64,000 bases of DNA from Eledone cirrhosa (taxonomy: Eukaryota): assembly GCA_964016885.1 (NCBI GenBank), contig OZ024753.1:22940001-23004000 (forward strand). Direction: 5' to 3'. Of the stretch, positions 25,835-37,600 are shown piece by piece. Positions within the stretch are counted from its first letter, which is position 1; every line of letters begins with the position of its first letter. A program made the position numbers and the translations under genes. The notes beneath the pieces are model-generated. The model was not told where the DNA came from. It did no database searches and saw only the letters and a list, made by a program, of their open reading frames with translations.

Positions 25835-25988
25835 TTCATTATTTCTGAAGATGGCATATATATGTGTTGGTATGTATATTTAATTTTGATAGTTTGTATA
25901 ATTTTGTATAATTTTGTACATAGATCTGTTGAATATGCATGCCAATTCTAACACATATATATCCTAGAAACGATCGTTAAATAATGAA
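25835..25988 (+). ncRNA. Type-I hammerhead ribozyme with long stem II (F2)
   Basis: TTCATTATTT CTGAAGA TGGCATATATATGTGTTGG...CTAACACATATATATCCTA GAAA CGATCG TT AAATAATGAA; 10-bp stem I and palindromic ACGATCGT stem III. Confidence 0.82.
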
Positions 25989-26828
25989 CTTTTTTTGTTT
26001 AATATAAGGAACTGTTTCATTGTTTTATTCATTATTTTTTTAATATTTTATCTTGACTCTGTATTCCGTTTATCTTTCACCGAAAGTGATTTTTCATTGC
26101 ATCTCTTCTTTCCATGATATCCGGATTACATTGAGTTCTTCATACGGATTGGACACTACCGTAAACTCTTGGTAGATTTATCTACATATATATATATATA
26201 TATATATAACGGAGGAGTTGTGGGAAGGAACCAGATGGACCATAACGCACCAGAGTACTCAATACTTAGGGTAGTAGAGTGGGTAATAGGAGAAAGTATG
26301 AACCCGACGGCAGAGCTCAAATGCGATTAGGGGACAAAGAAAAATATAATTTAAAAAATGAGAGAAATATGTAACAGAAAGTAAGGTTGGAAAGTGAGAA
26401 GTGAAAAAAGGAGTCTAACGCAGCTGCTATATTTCGACCAAAGCCACAGAATGAGTTGCTAGATGAGAATAATTGAAAAATTTAGTATTAATAATTTAGT
26501 ATTAACAAATTTAGTATTAAAAATTAATACCACATATGTGGGGTCTAACACAGCTGCTATGAATAGTTAGTATAGCGTAATCAGCGAAAGCTATCTCTAA
26601 GTTACTGTGGTGGGGGTACTGAGGCTAAAGAGGCCCGATGGACTGCTTCGGGGTAGGCGAAAGAGGGGGGGGGGAGAAACGAACGAGGAAGAAGTTCGGT
26701 GGTGGAAAGAAGTGATAGGGGGAGACAAAGGGAAGAAGAAAACATGGAGAAAAGAAAAGAGGTACATCTACCTATATCAGTAGGGTTTACCCTATCTTAT
26801 TCGGCAAGTGGGGTTTTTCAGCCTTAGT

Positions 26829-28900
26829 CTACTCACCCGGATCGTTAGGGGGTTTGAGGACGAGGTAAGTCTTCCGCAATCTGTGTTTGCATGCAGTTAC
26901 CAGTTCGTCTTATTTGTTTAGGAGTTGATCCTTCGTAAACAGCATTTGTAATGTTTCCGAGCATAAGTTACACGGACGGCGTCCTCCCGTGTAAGAGGTA
27001 GCTCTGGACAGTAAGCTCCAAGTAAGATGGTAAGTTATATTATTATCTTTGAGGTCCCAGATATGGCCCGCAAGTGTGGTGGTATGTCGCCGGACCGGGT
27101 TCCGAAATGTATGTCGGTGTTGGTAGAGCCGGGTCTTAAAGTCACAAGTGGTTAATCCTATATAAGCTTTGTTGGAGGTGTCGGTCCTCACGTTGCACTG
27201 GTAGATCACGTTACGTTCTCGGCATCTGTTGTTGAGGGGGCACGTAGATCCATCAGGGCAGTTACACCTCCTGGTCGGGTCTCCACTAATTTCTAGGTTG
27301 TTTCTTCCATAGGGGTTGAGTTTTTTGTTGTTTGGGAAGACGATGTTTTGTGTTTTATCAAGGATAGCTTGATATTGTTTTTGTTGATTATGTTGTGGTA
27401 GAAAGTGTTTTTCGAGGAGCCTAAAGAAGATTTTCCCAATAGGTGTTGCCACCTCGGCATTGTGGGGAGGATTGAACCACGTTACGTGGCGTGAGCGGCG
27501 GCGTCGCCTGCTGGTTCCGCTAAAGGGAGCTGGATAAAAGGATAATTCCTCCCGGAAGCCACTCCGCTTGAGGGCCTGGTTGTAATGAGGCGCATGTTCG
27601 TCGAATATCTGCTCATTAGCGGACAAACGAGATATGCGGAGGGAGATATTTTTAACCAGATTATTGGTTATTCCTAGGTTGGTTAGAGCGGCGGTGGATG
27701 TAGTGCAAGTTGTCGTTTGGTTTCCTGTATGGATAGTACAGGTCATTTTCGAGGTTGAGGGTAACGTCCAGGAAATTTACTCGGGTTAGGGACGTTTGTA
27801 GGGTGATTTTAAATCCCCAGTCCCGGAAAAAGTTGATAAGTTGTTTACGGACCCGATCTGTACTACTGGGGTTGTACCCTTTGAGGGGAAGGAGCCCCTC
27901 GCCTCGGTACAATCCCCCGCCGAATGCGGGAAACATTTCGGTGAGTTTAAATAGTAGGGATAATCCTATAAGAGCGGTGACCTCGGCCGAATCGGTCGCG
28001 CCCATGCTGACGTCGAAGGGGGAGTCGGGGGCTCTCTTTATCCACTTGGAGTTGTCGAAAAGTAGGACTGTCTTCCTGGCGTGGAGAATGATATTTCTTT
28101 CCTGGTCGGTGATCGGCGCGAGTGTTTCGGCAAAGTCCAAGGCGGCCCTAAGGAGCGGTAAGGTAATAGATGCATAGTAACTCTCTATGTCAAACTGGAT
28201 GAATTTTGTGTCCCATTTGTCCTCAATGTTCCTGAACCATGATATTACTTCCTGGGTGCTAACCCATAGGCTAAGTCTCGCGTTGTGCTTAACTTTGCGT
28301 ATAACGCGGTCTAAGATTTTTTTTACTGATTCTCCCTATGTTCGACTTCGTCGGGTTTATAAGCCTGATGGATGGTTTGCGGTCGAAGTCGGATTTGTGG
28401 TCCTTTAGTGTGAAGTAGGTAATATGTTGTCTCTCTAGATTTATGTCCTCGATAATTGAATGGTTAGCCTTTTTATAGGTGGAGTTTAGGCTGCTCCTGA
28501 TCAGTGTGTGGTATCTGTCCGGGTTGACGAAATAGAGGTTTCCAGTTTTGTCGGAGTGCACCAGGATGTCGTTGGTGCTTTCATACTCTGTTATTTTGCT
28601 ACGGAGTTGTTGTAGGAATCGGTTGTGTCTGGGTTTGGATTTAATACCCTTGACCAGTTGGAAAAGGTCGTTCTCGAAGGGTGAGAGCATAGGGTTCGGT
28701 GGGGGAGATTTGTAGGTAATGAATCTGAATCTCTCCTTGTTCTCGAAGCCCTGGTTGTCACGGGATCTATCATAGAAAAAAGTTCTCCATCTTGGTATTT
28801 TCGCAAAAAGGTCGATTTTTTGCGGTAGCATCCGAAGGTAAAGTTTTCTCGGTGAAATTGGGATGTTCTTGGTGGAGAAGTCGATATTGTGTTTTCGCAT
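26829..28900 (-). pseudogene. PLE RT + GIY-YIG, multiple frameshifts
   Basis: MRKHNIDFSTKNIPIS, SDKTGNLY, KDHK, FDVSMGA, GGLYRGE (mutated YRDD), VTWFNPP, CNCPDGSTCPL, VIY...YIG. Confidence 0.92.
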
Positions 28901-29085
28901 GGTGCGGGTAAAGAAACTTGAGCTGGATGGAAAAGTCAGGATATGGCGTGGTAGGGTCGGAAAGTGCTCTACAACTGGGGTAGGAGCTAGATACCGGAGG
29001 AGTTGTGGTAAGGAACCAGATGGACCATAACGCACCAAAGTACTCAATACTTAGTATAGTAGAGTGGATAATAGGAGAAAGTATG

Positions 29086-29186
29086 ACCCAGACGGCATAG
29101 CTCAAGCCGTTTCGACGGCTATTTCTGGACTAAAGTAAGAGTTTTTTTTTTAGTCTGGTAAATAAATAGCCAAACTTTTCAAGGGT
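29086..29186 (-). ncRNA. Hammerhead F1 variant (core TTGAAAA), slightly degenerate
   Basis: ACCC TTGAAAA G..TGGCTA...TAGCCGTC GAAA CGGC-TTGAGCTAT-GCCG TC TGGGT. Confidence 0.65.
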
Positions 29187-29668
29187 ACTTCCTTACTAAA
29201 TTATTAATACTAAATTTTTCAATTATTCTCATCTAGCAACTCATTCTGTGGCTTTGGTCGAAATATAGCAGCTGTATTAGACTCCTTTTTTCACTTCTCA
29301 CTTTCCAATCTTACTTTCTGTTACATATTTCTCTCATTTTGTTATTATATTTCTTCTTTGTCCCCTAATCGCATTTGATTTACTATCTCTATAGCGTCCC
29401 TCCTCCAGTTTCTAAAGGTACCATTTTTCGCCAACCTCCTCTGGCCTTTTCATACACATTCCTTTGAATTTGCCGTGTAGATTTCACCTTCTACGCTTGA
29501 CCGGCTCTACCCACTCCCCTATCATTCTACAGGCAAGTTCAGCCATCCCCACCCCGCACCCACTGCCATGATAGACTTTTCTGTGTCCGCTACACATTTT
29601 TTACCAATCCCCATTTTTTACCAATCGTCGAAACGGCTTGAGCTCTGCCGTCGGGGTCATACTTTCTC

Positions 29669-29702
<34 letters not shown>

Positions 29703-29786
29703 GTGAGGTTGGCACCATTAACTCGCGGTTGGATGTGGATGCATTCATGTATATGTGTGTGTCCGCATGTATCTGTGTGTTTCTAA

Positions 29787-29851
<65 letters not shown>

Positions 29852-30214
29852 GTTTCTACTTTAGGCACAAGGCCAGCAATTACCCAGTGCATTACTGGTA
29901 CCTTATTTTATCGACCCCGTAAGGATGAAAGGTGTGTCTGTGTGTGTGTGTTTACAGGAAGACGGTAAGAGGCATCTGGAGTATCGATACTAATAATATT
30001 GAGTTACATAACTACATCGATTAGACACTATCTCGATTGAGTATTGCATTTGATGGACGTGAAGGTAACCTTAGCGGAATCCGTTGTAGGCTCTGCTGAA
30101 CTTCGGGCTGTAGAGGGTAAACTCTCCAAACACCGGTCGCTCTCCGACAGGTTTGCAGTCGAGCGCAGTAGAGACTTCTAGTGGCCTTGGCCCGAGGGCC
30201 ACCTCTCTACTCAC

Positions 30215-30362
30215 CACCATAGGCGCTGAACTTCATAGCCGCAGGTCTGAGCTTCGCGAGATTAAGTCGCTCTTGCAGCGCATCTCCCTCACCATCCTCG
30301 AAACGCTTTCTGTATTCTGTCCACCGGGACCGAGTGGTGCCCAGCACGTGGGACACCATTTG
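30215..30362 (-). other. Candidate host exon (unknown gene)
   Basis: GC-rich unique island; on the minus strand a pyrimidine-rich tract + AACAG acceptor, an open frame QMVSHVLGTTRSRWTEYRKRFEDG..., and a G|GTGAGT donor. Confidence 0.3.
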
Positions 30363-30377
30363 CTGTTAATAGTGGAA

Positions 30378-31226
30378 GATGGGGAGAGCGAGAGATGGAG
30401 GCGATGACAGTGGGAGTTTGGTTCCTCTGTGTTCGGACCTGGTGTACATGTGTGATGGGGAGGGTGAGAGAAACGGAGGTGATGACAGTGGGAGTTTAGT
30501 TCCTCTGTGTTCGGACCTGGTGTACATGTGTGATGGGGAGGGTGAGAGAAACGGAGGTGATGACAGTGGGAGTTTAGTTCCTCTGTGTTCGGACCTGGTG
30601 TACATGTGTGATGGGGAGGGTGAGAGAAACGGAGGTGATGACAGTGGGAGTTTAGTTCCTCTGTGTTCGGACCTGGTGTACATGTGTGATGGGGAGGGTG
30701 AGAGAATCGGAGGCGATGACAGTGGGAGTTTGGTTCCTCTGTGTTCGGACCTGGTGTACATGTGTGATGGGGAGGGTGAGAGAAACGGAGGTAATGACAG
30801 TGGGAGTTTAGTTCCTCTGTGTTCGGACCTGGTGTACATGTGTGATGGGGAGGGTGAGAGAATCGGAGGCGATGACAGTGGGAGTTTAGTTCCTCTGTGT
30901 TCGGACCTGGTGTACATGTGTGATGGGGAGGGTGAGAGAATCGGAGGCGATGACAGTGGGAGTTTGGTTCCTCTGTGTTCGGACCTGGTGTACATGTGTG
31001 ATGGGGAGGGTGAGAGAATCTGAGGCGATGACAGTGGGAGTTTGGTTCCTCTGTGTTCGGACCTGGTGTACATGTGTGATGGGGAGGGTGAGAGAAACGG
31101 AGGTGATGACAGTGGGAGTTTAGTTCCTCTGTGTTCGGACCTGGTGTACATGTGTGATGGGGAGGGTGAGAGAAACGGAGGCGATGACAGTGGGAGTTTG
31201 GTTCCTCTGTGTTCGGACCTGGTGTA
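30378..31226. repeat. 78-bp minisatellite, ~11 copies
   Basis: Unit GATGGGGAGGGTGAGAGAAACGGAGGTGATGACAGTGGGAGTTTAGTTCCTCTGTGTTCGGACCTGGTGTACATGTGT. Confidence 0.95.
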
Positions 31227-31339
31227 TATATGTGTATTTTTACACTATCAAGCCTAATTTACTGTATTTTAGATTATTTATTAGTGTGTATATATGTTTA
31301 CTAGTAACTAATTTTTCAAGTTTTAAACATTAAGTAATG

Positions 31340-31540
31340 TAGAATGGTTGACTGAAAAGTTAATAGGCAGACCAAGATACTCTCATGGAATGACCAAATG
31401 AGGTTTATTTTTCAACATAGTCTCTGGAAAGAAACAATAGAGTTATTAATAAGAAGAGTTGTAATTAATACATGAAAGATTTCACAGCTCTAGCATCACT
31501 CCTCCATAGCCAACTTATGAGTTTTTGCTAACCCTCCCCC
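31340..31540. mobile_element. Degenerate Tc1/mariner-derived MITE (second copy ~38645-38830; fragment ~59480-59525)
   Basis: GGTTGACTGAAAAGTTAATAGGC...CTTATGAGTTTTTGCTAACCC imperfect terminal inverted repeats; shared internal GACCAAGATACTCTCATGG...TTATTTTTCAACATAGTC. Confidence 0.6.
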
Positions 31541-31664
31541 CATCCCGTATACGTAACTGTTGTGAATGTAACTTGACATTTCTTTTCGCTGCTTCTTTCT
31601 AGAGCAACCCAAGAATCTTGGTTGCTTCATTCCTGAACCTTCATCAAACTCGCTGCCAAAAGGC

Positions 31665-32280
31665 CATACTGGTACCTGCCCCCTCTCCCCCTCTCACACT
31701 GGTATCTCCCCCTCTCATACTGATACCTCCCCCTCTCATACTGGTACCTCCCCCCTCTCATACTGGTACCTCTCCCCCTCTCATACTGGTACCTCTCCCT
31801 CTCCTCTCTCATACTGGTATCTCCCCCTCTCACACTGGTACCTCTCCCCCTCTCACACTGGTACCTCTCCCTCTCTCCTCTCATACTGGTACCCCTCCCT
31901 CTCTCATACTGGTACCTCTCCCTCTCCCCTCTCATACTGGTACCTCTCTCTCTCTCATACTGGTACATCTCCCCTCTCATACTGATACCTCTCCCTCTCC
32001 CCTCTCATACTGGTACCTCTCCCTCTCTCTTCTCTCATACCTCTCCCTCTCCCTCCTCATACTGGTACCTCTCCTCTCTCTTCTCTCATACCCTTGACTT
32101 TCCTCCTCTCTTCTCCCATACTCATACCTTTCCTCTTCTCTTCTCCCATACTGACACCTCTCCTCTCTTCTCCCATACTCATACCTCTCCTCCTCTCCCC
32201 TCTCATACTGACACCTCTCCTTCTCTCTTCTCCCATACTCATACCTCTCCCCCTCTCATACCCTTCCCCTCCTCTCACTC
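31665..32280. repeat. Pyrimidine-rich minisatellite (CCCCTCTCATACTGGTACCT-like)
   Basis: Degenerate 20-27-bp tandem units. Confidence 0.9.
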
Positions 32281-32717
32281 TACTATAAATATACATTCGG
32301 AATATGCGCGCCGTTCTATATATAATATTCTATCTTCTAAATCCTGGTAAATTACTAGATTATTTCAAAGATAACCGAATAGAGATAAATAAAAGCCCGG
32401 AAGCTTTTTAAAATTTCAATTTAAATCACTGACGAACGCATCTGAATTGAAAACACCTGTTTCGTGCTTTAGATAAAAATTACTGCTTTTTTAACAACTT
32501 AAAGTTTTACTTAATTGAAAAGAATAACATAGAAATGCTTTATAGAAATGAATAATTGAATAAACACCTTCCTATTGAAGCAAAACATCACCGAAAATAA
32601 GACAAAAACAGAACTGAAACCACACGAAACATGAAAGATATCAATAAGTGATATTTTGAATTAATATTGCATTAAAAACAACTTTAAGATAACATTTATC
32701 GTTAAGTAATTTTTTTA

Positions 32718-32882
32718 ATTCAGGAAGGCCCAGTAAATCAAGCTATAAAGCTGTTATAATTCAGGAAGGCCCAGTAAATCAAGCTATAAAGCTGTTATAA
32801 TTCAGGAAGGCCCAGTAAATCAAGCTATAAAGCTGTTATAATTCAGGAAGGCCCAGTAAATCAAGCTATAAAGCTGTTATAA
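32718..32882. repeat. 41-bp perfect tandem repeat x4
   Basis: AATTCAGGAAGGCCCAGTAAATCAAGCTATAAAGCTGTTAT at 32718, 32759, 32800 and 32841. Confidence 0.95.
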
Positions 32883-34039
32883 AATATCTCTTCTTTTGGA
32901 ATCCGCACGAAAACTGTTTTAAGCGTTTCTTTTTTTTTTTGATAATGGAATAAGAAATTTGAAGTTGGTCATTAATTTCTTTTCCAAATGTGTTTCTATT
33001 AGAGTTGATGTAAAATGGGGTTAAGCAGGAATAGAAACCGGTCTGTTGTCTGAACAAGTTAAAATATAACGTGTATATTGAACATCCGTCATTTACGATG
33101 ATGCATGTTCCGGTTGTAGGACCAACGGCAAGCCTGATCGTATCATTAGTATGTAACTACCTGAGCATTCCTCAGAGATGTGTATCGTATCCTTAATGTA
33201 GTTCTCAGGAGGATTCGGTGTGACACCGTCAGTGACAGGGTGGTCAATTAATTACAGGTAAAACTAAATTTTTACTAGCTCAGAGACACAACGTGCCTTG
33301 GGAAATCGATATGAGAACGATCGTGTGCTAATGGCCCTGACCAGTAAGTCCCGCACCTTCATGGAGATAATATATACTAGTGACAATATCAAGTAATGTC
33401 CCATCACATTCGAATGTTTTAACCCATCTTGTGTTGATATCGTCTCTGTTATTTCACTCATCTTTCTATTTACATTCACTAAAATCACTTTACTATAATT
33501 TAGCCGTTATTCCTAATCGAGTATAACTTAGTATCATGTACCATAACTTTGCCATGTTTAGATTCCTATGTGGTGGCAAGCAGAAACACCCATAGGACTT
33601 GCCATTCAACCGAACATTCAGAACGTGCCAGCTGGAGAGAGGGGGGGGGGGAACTGGACTAGCACTTGGCCAGTACTTCCTTTATTGACCTTAAAAGGAT
33701 GAATAACAAAATATATTTCAGCAGAATTTTAATTCAATGTTCAGAGATCAGGAAGAAATATTTCAACTCCTTCTATCCACGGCTTCAACGACTTCGCTAA
33801 TCGACCACATTGATTAAGCTAGTAAACACCACTTCATATTCATATTGTGTTGTTTGTAGCTACTTTTAAATTTGAATTAACGAATAGACAGCCAATGAAA
33901 ATGCTACATAAGGAAATGAACTGAATAAGAATATCTTAAAATATCTTAAGTAGCATTATTGGAAAATATAGTGAATACTCAGTATGGTTTCAGTGCAAAT
34001 TTCTGAGAGTTATTGACTGCAGTCGGACAGAGACATGAG

Positions 34040-34650
34040 AGACAAAGAAAGATGTAAAGATATATCAACATGAAATCGAAAACTGATCCCAGTATCAACC
34101 GGAGGTAATAAAATATTCTAGTAATGCGCCATCTTCAGCATTCAGTTATCAGAAGAAGGTAGGTAGGCGTAAAAGCCAAACTCTTTAATTTGGTATTCGT
34201 GCCAACCCTTCCCTATGGTTATGGATCTTGGATAATGATCGAAAGGATACGATAGTGAATACATGCGGCCAAAATGGGGTTCCTAATGGTCTTTGAAGTA
34301 ACGAACCTCTATAAAGTACGTAGCTCGGAGATCAGACAGTCACTCTAGGTAGAGCCGCTATTTCTCTAAATTGAGAGATCACAGCTCCGATACTATGGAC
34401 ATGTGGTTAGAATGTCTCAGGAAAGAATCGCTGGACAGATTTTACGGACAAAACCAACAGGTAGGAGACCCAGGGGTAGACACCGATCAAGATGGTTGGA
34501 TAACATCCATGAGCTTGGCTGGTCACGCTTGGAGATCCAGTGGGATCAGTAGGGGATGGTTGCTTCTAGCAGGATCAACTGGAGGGAGTGTTTGAGGACT
34601 CTGCCCCCACGGCCCTTTCAGGAATAAGTGGGCGAATAAAAGAAGATATT
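34040..34650 (+). mobile_element. Decayed RTE-clade LINE 3' fragment
   Basis: Hand translation with stops: KAKLFNLVFVPTL..., IERSQLRYYGHVVRMSQERIAGQIL...GRRPRGRHRSRWLDNI. Confidence 0.75.
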
Positions 34651-37600
34651 TCGATGGTTTTCTTTGAAGTTATGGTCCAGGTTTGAGTGATGGTTTCTTG
34701 TTTGTATAGAATACTTTGCGCTATTCGTTTCGGCTCTTTACTGCCTGAGTTCAAATCCCACCGAGGTCAACTTTGCTTTTCGTCCATTCAAGGTCGAAAT
34801 AAGTGTACCAGTCTAGTACTGAGGTTGATTCTGCTTCTACATCACTTTCTTACTTCCTTCCTATCCTTTTATGGAAGAAATCTGCTGTATTCAGACCTGG
34901 AGAGGAGATGGGCTCCGCCATGTTTTAAAATATACCTAGAAACGCCGTTTGTCATTACGGTGCCTCTACTACTCCCCCAGGAGTTACTAGATCATGCCTG
35001 CATACCTTTGAATGTTGTCCTTCATTTCAGTGCCAATGTTAGGCTCTGAATCCACACCTCAGAGTGGGTGGCAGATAAATCCTTCCATCAAGACTCAACG
35101 TCAGCAGCAGGTAAGATTACCAGATTGTCTTAGCTATTTTCGCCTTTTACATTTTTATTTTTACTGGGTTTTTTTTTACTATTATCGACTGTAAAATTAT
35201 ATGGGAACAAGAAGCCTTATAGAGAGAATCCTGATAGGCTTCGCTGCGGATTTAGAAATATGTCGACTTGGCAGAAAATGGCTGAATGAGAAAGTGAAAT
35301 AGACGAGAATCGAAATCACGATCTCCAGATATACTCAGTTTTTGTTTAAATTTATTCACACAAATTATATTCACATTTAATATATTAGGATTTGTTGGAT
35401 CTTTCTGATTGGTCAATGAATGTCCCAAGGGTCACGTGAGGTTTAACGGCATATCAACAAGGAGGAAACCAATTCGTTTGTCGTCATTAATTGAAACTTG
35501 GTTGTGGATAATGCAGCAGAAAAAACATATTTAAATGTCTGAATTAACTTACTCTCAAATAGACTTTTGTATGGTTAACTAGAAAATTATGGTAGATTTG
35601 TTCACTGAGTGAGTAAAAGATTTTGGAAGTCATCAACAACCGTAACAATGTCATAAAGCGACCGTATCCGGCCAGAATTTTCACACCTCTTTCTGTTCAA
35701 ACCACCCGTAGCTGGCCATTCATACTGATGTTATAGTATTGTTCTCAAAATAAATAATATAAACATTTCATAGATTCGATATTATATGAGATATTATGTG
35801 AGAGAAAGCCTTTACTGTGAAAATACAATAGTAATTATAGAGTAGTGTAAATGCTAAAGGGTTAAGTCTCCAATTAAGGTTTGGTATCGTTCAAATTCAC
35901 CTAAAAATACCAAATATTTCTCTACGCAATTGTTCGGTTAAAAGATTCGTGCCAATTTAAATTTTAGTTTCAAACTTCAGACATTTATGTAAGACATTGA
36001 AGCTTCCTGAATCGGAACTGATTGCCGCCATTGTTTGAGTTGTCGGAGACTAGAAACTCAAGAATTACGATTCACTCTACTATATGGATTCAGAATCTCT
36101 TTCTCTCTCAGAAATAAGTGGGCGAATAAGAAGGAAAAGAAGAGTTACACGTAAATATGTAAATTTAGATGAATTTAAATTTGGTAGGCGTTACACAGAC
36201 AAATGGATGATAGAAATGGTAGATAGTTTTATGGCCTTACTTTATATCACACCGTGGGGTGGATGGGGTCAATAACATTGTACAAGTCATGTAAATAGCA
36301 GAGGAGATTACATTGGCTATGGCCCGTCCTACGAAGACATTAGCAACAGAAGTGGACGGCAGACATAAATGGAACACACTCAACAACGGTACACACAGGC
36401 TGGTAGGACACAATACAAACACCATGAAGAGGAGGTGGGGTGGCTGCTGATGCTCTTGGCCATTCTCCGTGGTAACGCTTTTTTCTGTGGAGCGCGACTG
36501 AGGTACCGTTCAGACATGGGCGCGACTGAGGCACCGCTCAGACAGAGGCGCGACTGGGGCACCGCTCAGACGGGGGTGATGGTAACTCCCCTTATCCCTC
36601 TGTGTCTTATGCCGCTTGATCCTTTCTTTTTTATCCTTTTAATTTTCTTTTCTCTTCTTCCTTTTCTGTTCCCTTCAATAATGTTTTATTTTATTAGATA
36701 CTGCTCAGTAACTTTTATATATTGAGTAAATGTTGGATTACATAATTATAGAAAACAAGATATTGTATTCTATCAATGATTTACGTTTCTCCTATAACAA
36801 ACCGTATATAGGCCTACAATATAGTATTTTCTAATGTAAGCATAAGGCCAGCAATTTTAGAGAAAGGCGGTTGTATCGACCGTAGTACATGACTGGTTTT
36901 TATTATATCGATCACCAAAGGATGAAAGGCAAAGATATCTTCGTCAGGTTTTGAAAATACAATGTAAAAAGTTGGAATAAATACCAGAAATATATTGTGC
37001 AACTACCCAATGATTCTAATATTATAAGCTAATATCGTTGCCTATACGTTATCATTCAATTTGCTAAAAATAGTAGCCAAATCTCCTTTAAGTCATACCA
37101 CATCATTTTAAAATATAAAAATAACAACAGAAAGCTACATTGGTTAATTTTATCCATCCTGGATGTACAAAAAAATACAAAATAGTCATTGATGAAGCTC
37201 TTTTAATTATTTAGGGTTGATCTGGGAGCAAATAACAAGAGTAAAAGTTTATTTGTAAAATAAGCACAAGGCTACAAACAGACGGGGGTGCGACTTCAGT
37301 ATGAGATGGGTACTTTATTAAATTGCATCCTGAAAGAAGGAGATGCAAAACTTACCTCAGCTGAAGTTTGACCTTGAAACGTAAACGGACAGAACTAAAC
37401 ACTAAACAATTTTATCTACTGCTTTTTCGATACTGTCACTCACTAATTTGAGGGCCGGATCTTCTCCTACTGAGGGCTTAAGTGTAATTGGTTCGATTGA
37501 AATTGCTAGGAAGCACCTCGTATGGATTCGATCTTTGATTAAAAGGACCAGCCTTGTCCTTAACTGTCACACACCGAATCTCCCCGAGAAATATGTTAAG

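Larger units (their letters stand above)
15796..26187 (-). mobile_element. Near full-length Naiad-type PLE: inverted pLTR (~24929-26187) + direct pLTR (~23160-24927) + ORF + long 3' pLTR region with nested inserts
   Basis: 15796-17185 matches ~23297-24700 directly and ~24929-26050 inverted; 20335-20450 matches 24815-24927. Confidence 0.85.
26209..29670 (-). mobile_element. Full-length decayed Naiad-type PLE with F1 pLTRs
   Basis: Direct pLTR at ~26209-26320 and ~28990-29190; inverted 3'-region copy at ~29193-29670; TA flanks. Confidence 0.88.

Noticed and set aside
13887-28900. Selenoprotein (UGA/SECIS) recoding reported for some Naiad PLEs
   Set aside because: Conserved Cys positions are ordinary Cys codons; no in-frame UGA at such sites and no convincing SECIS seen.
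30366-31257. ORFs with 26-aa repeats on both strands
   Set aside because: Consequence of a 78-bp unit length; one copy has a stop; no coding evidence.
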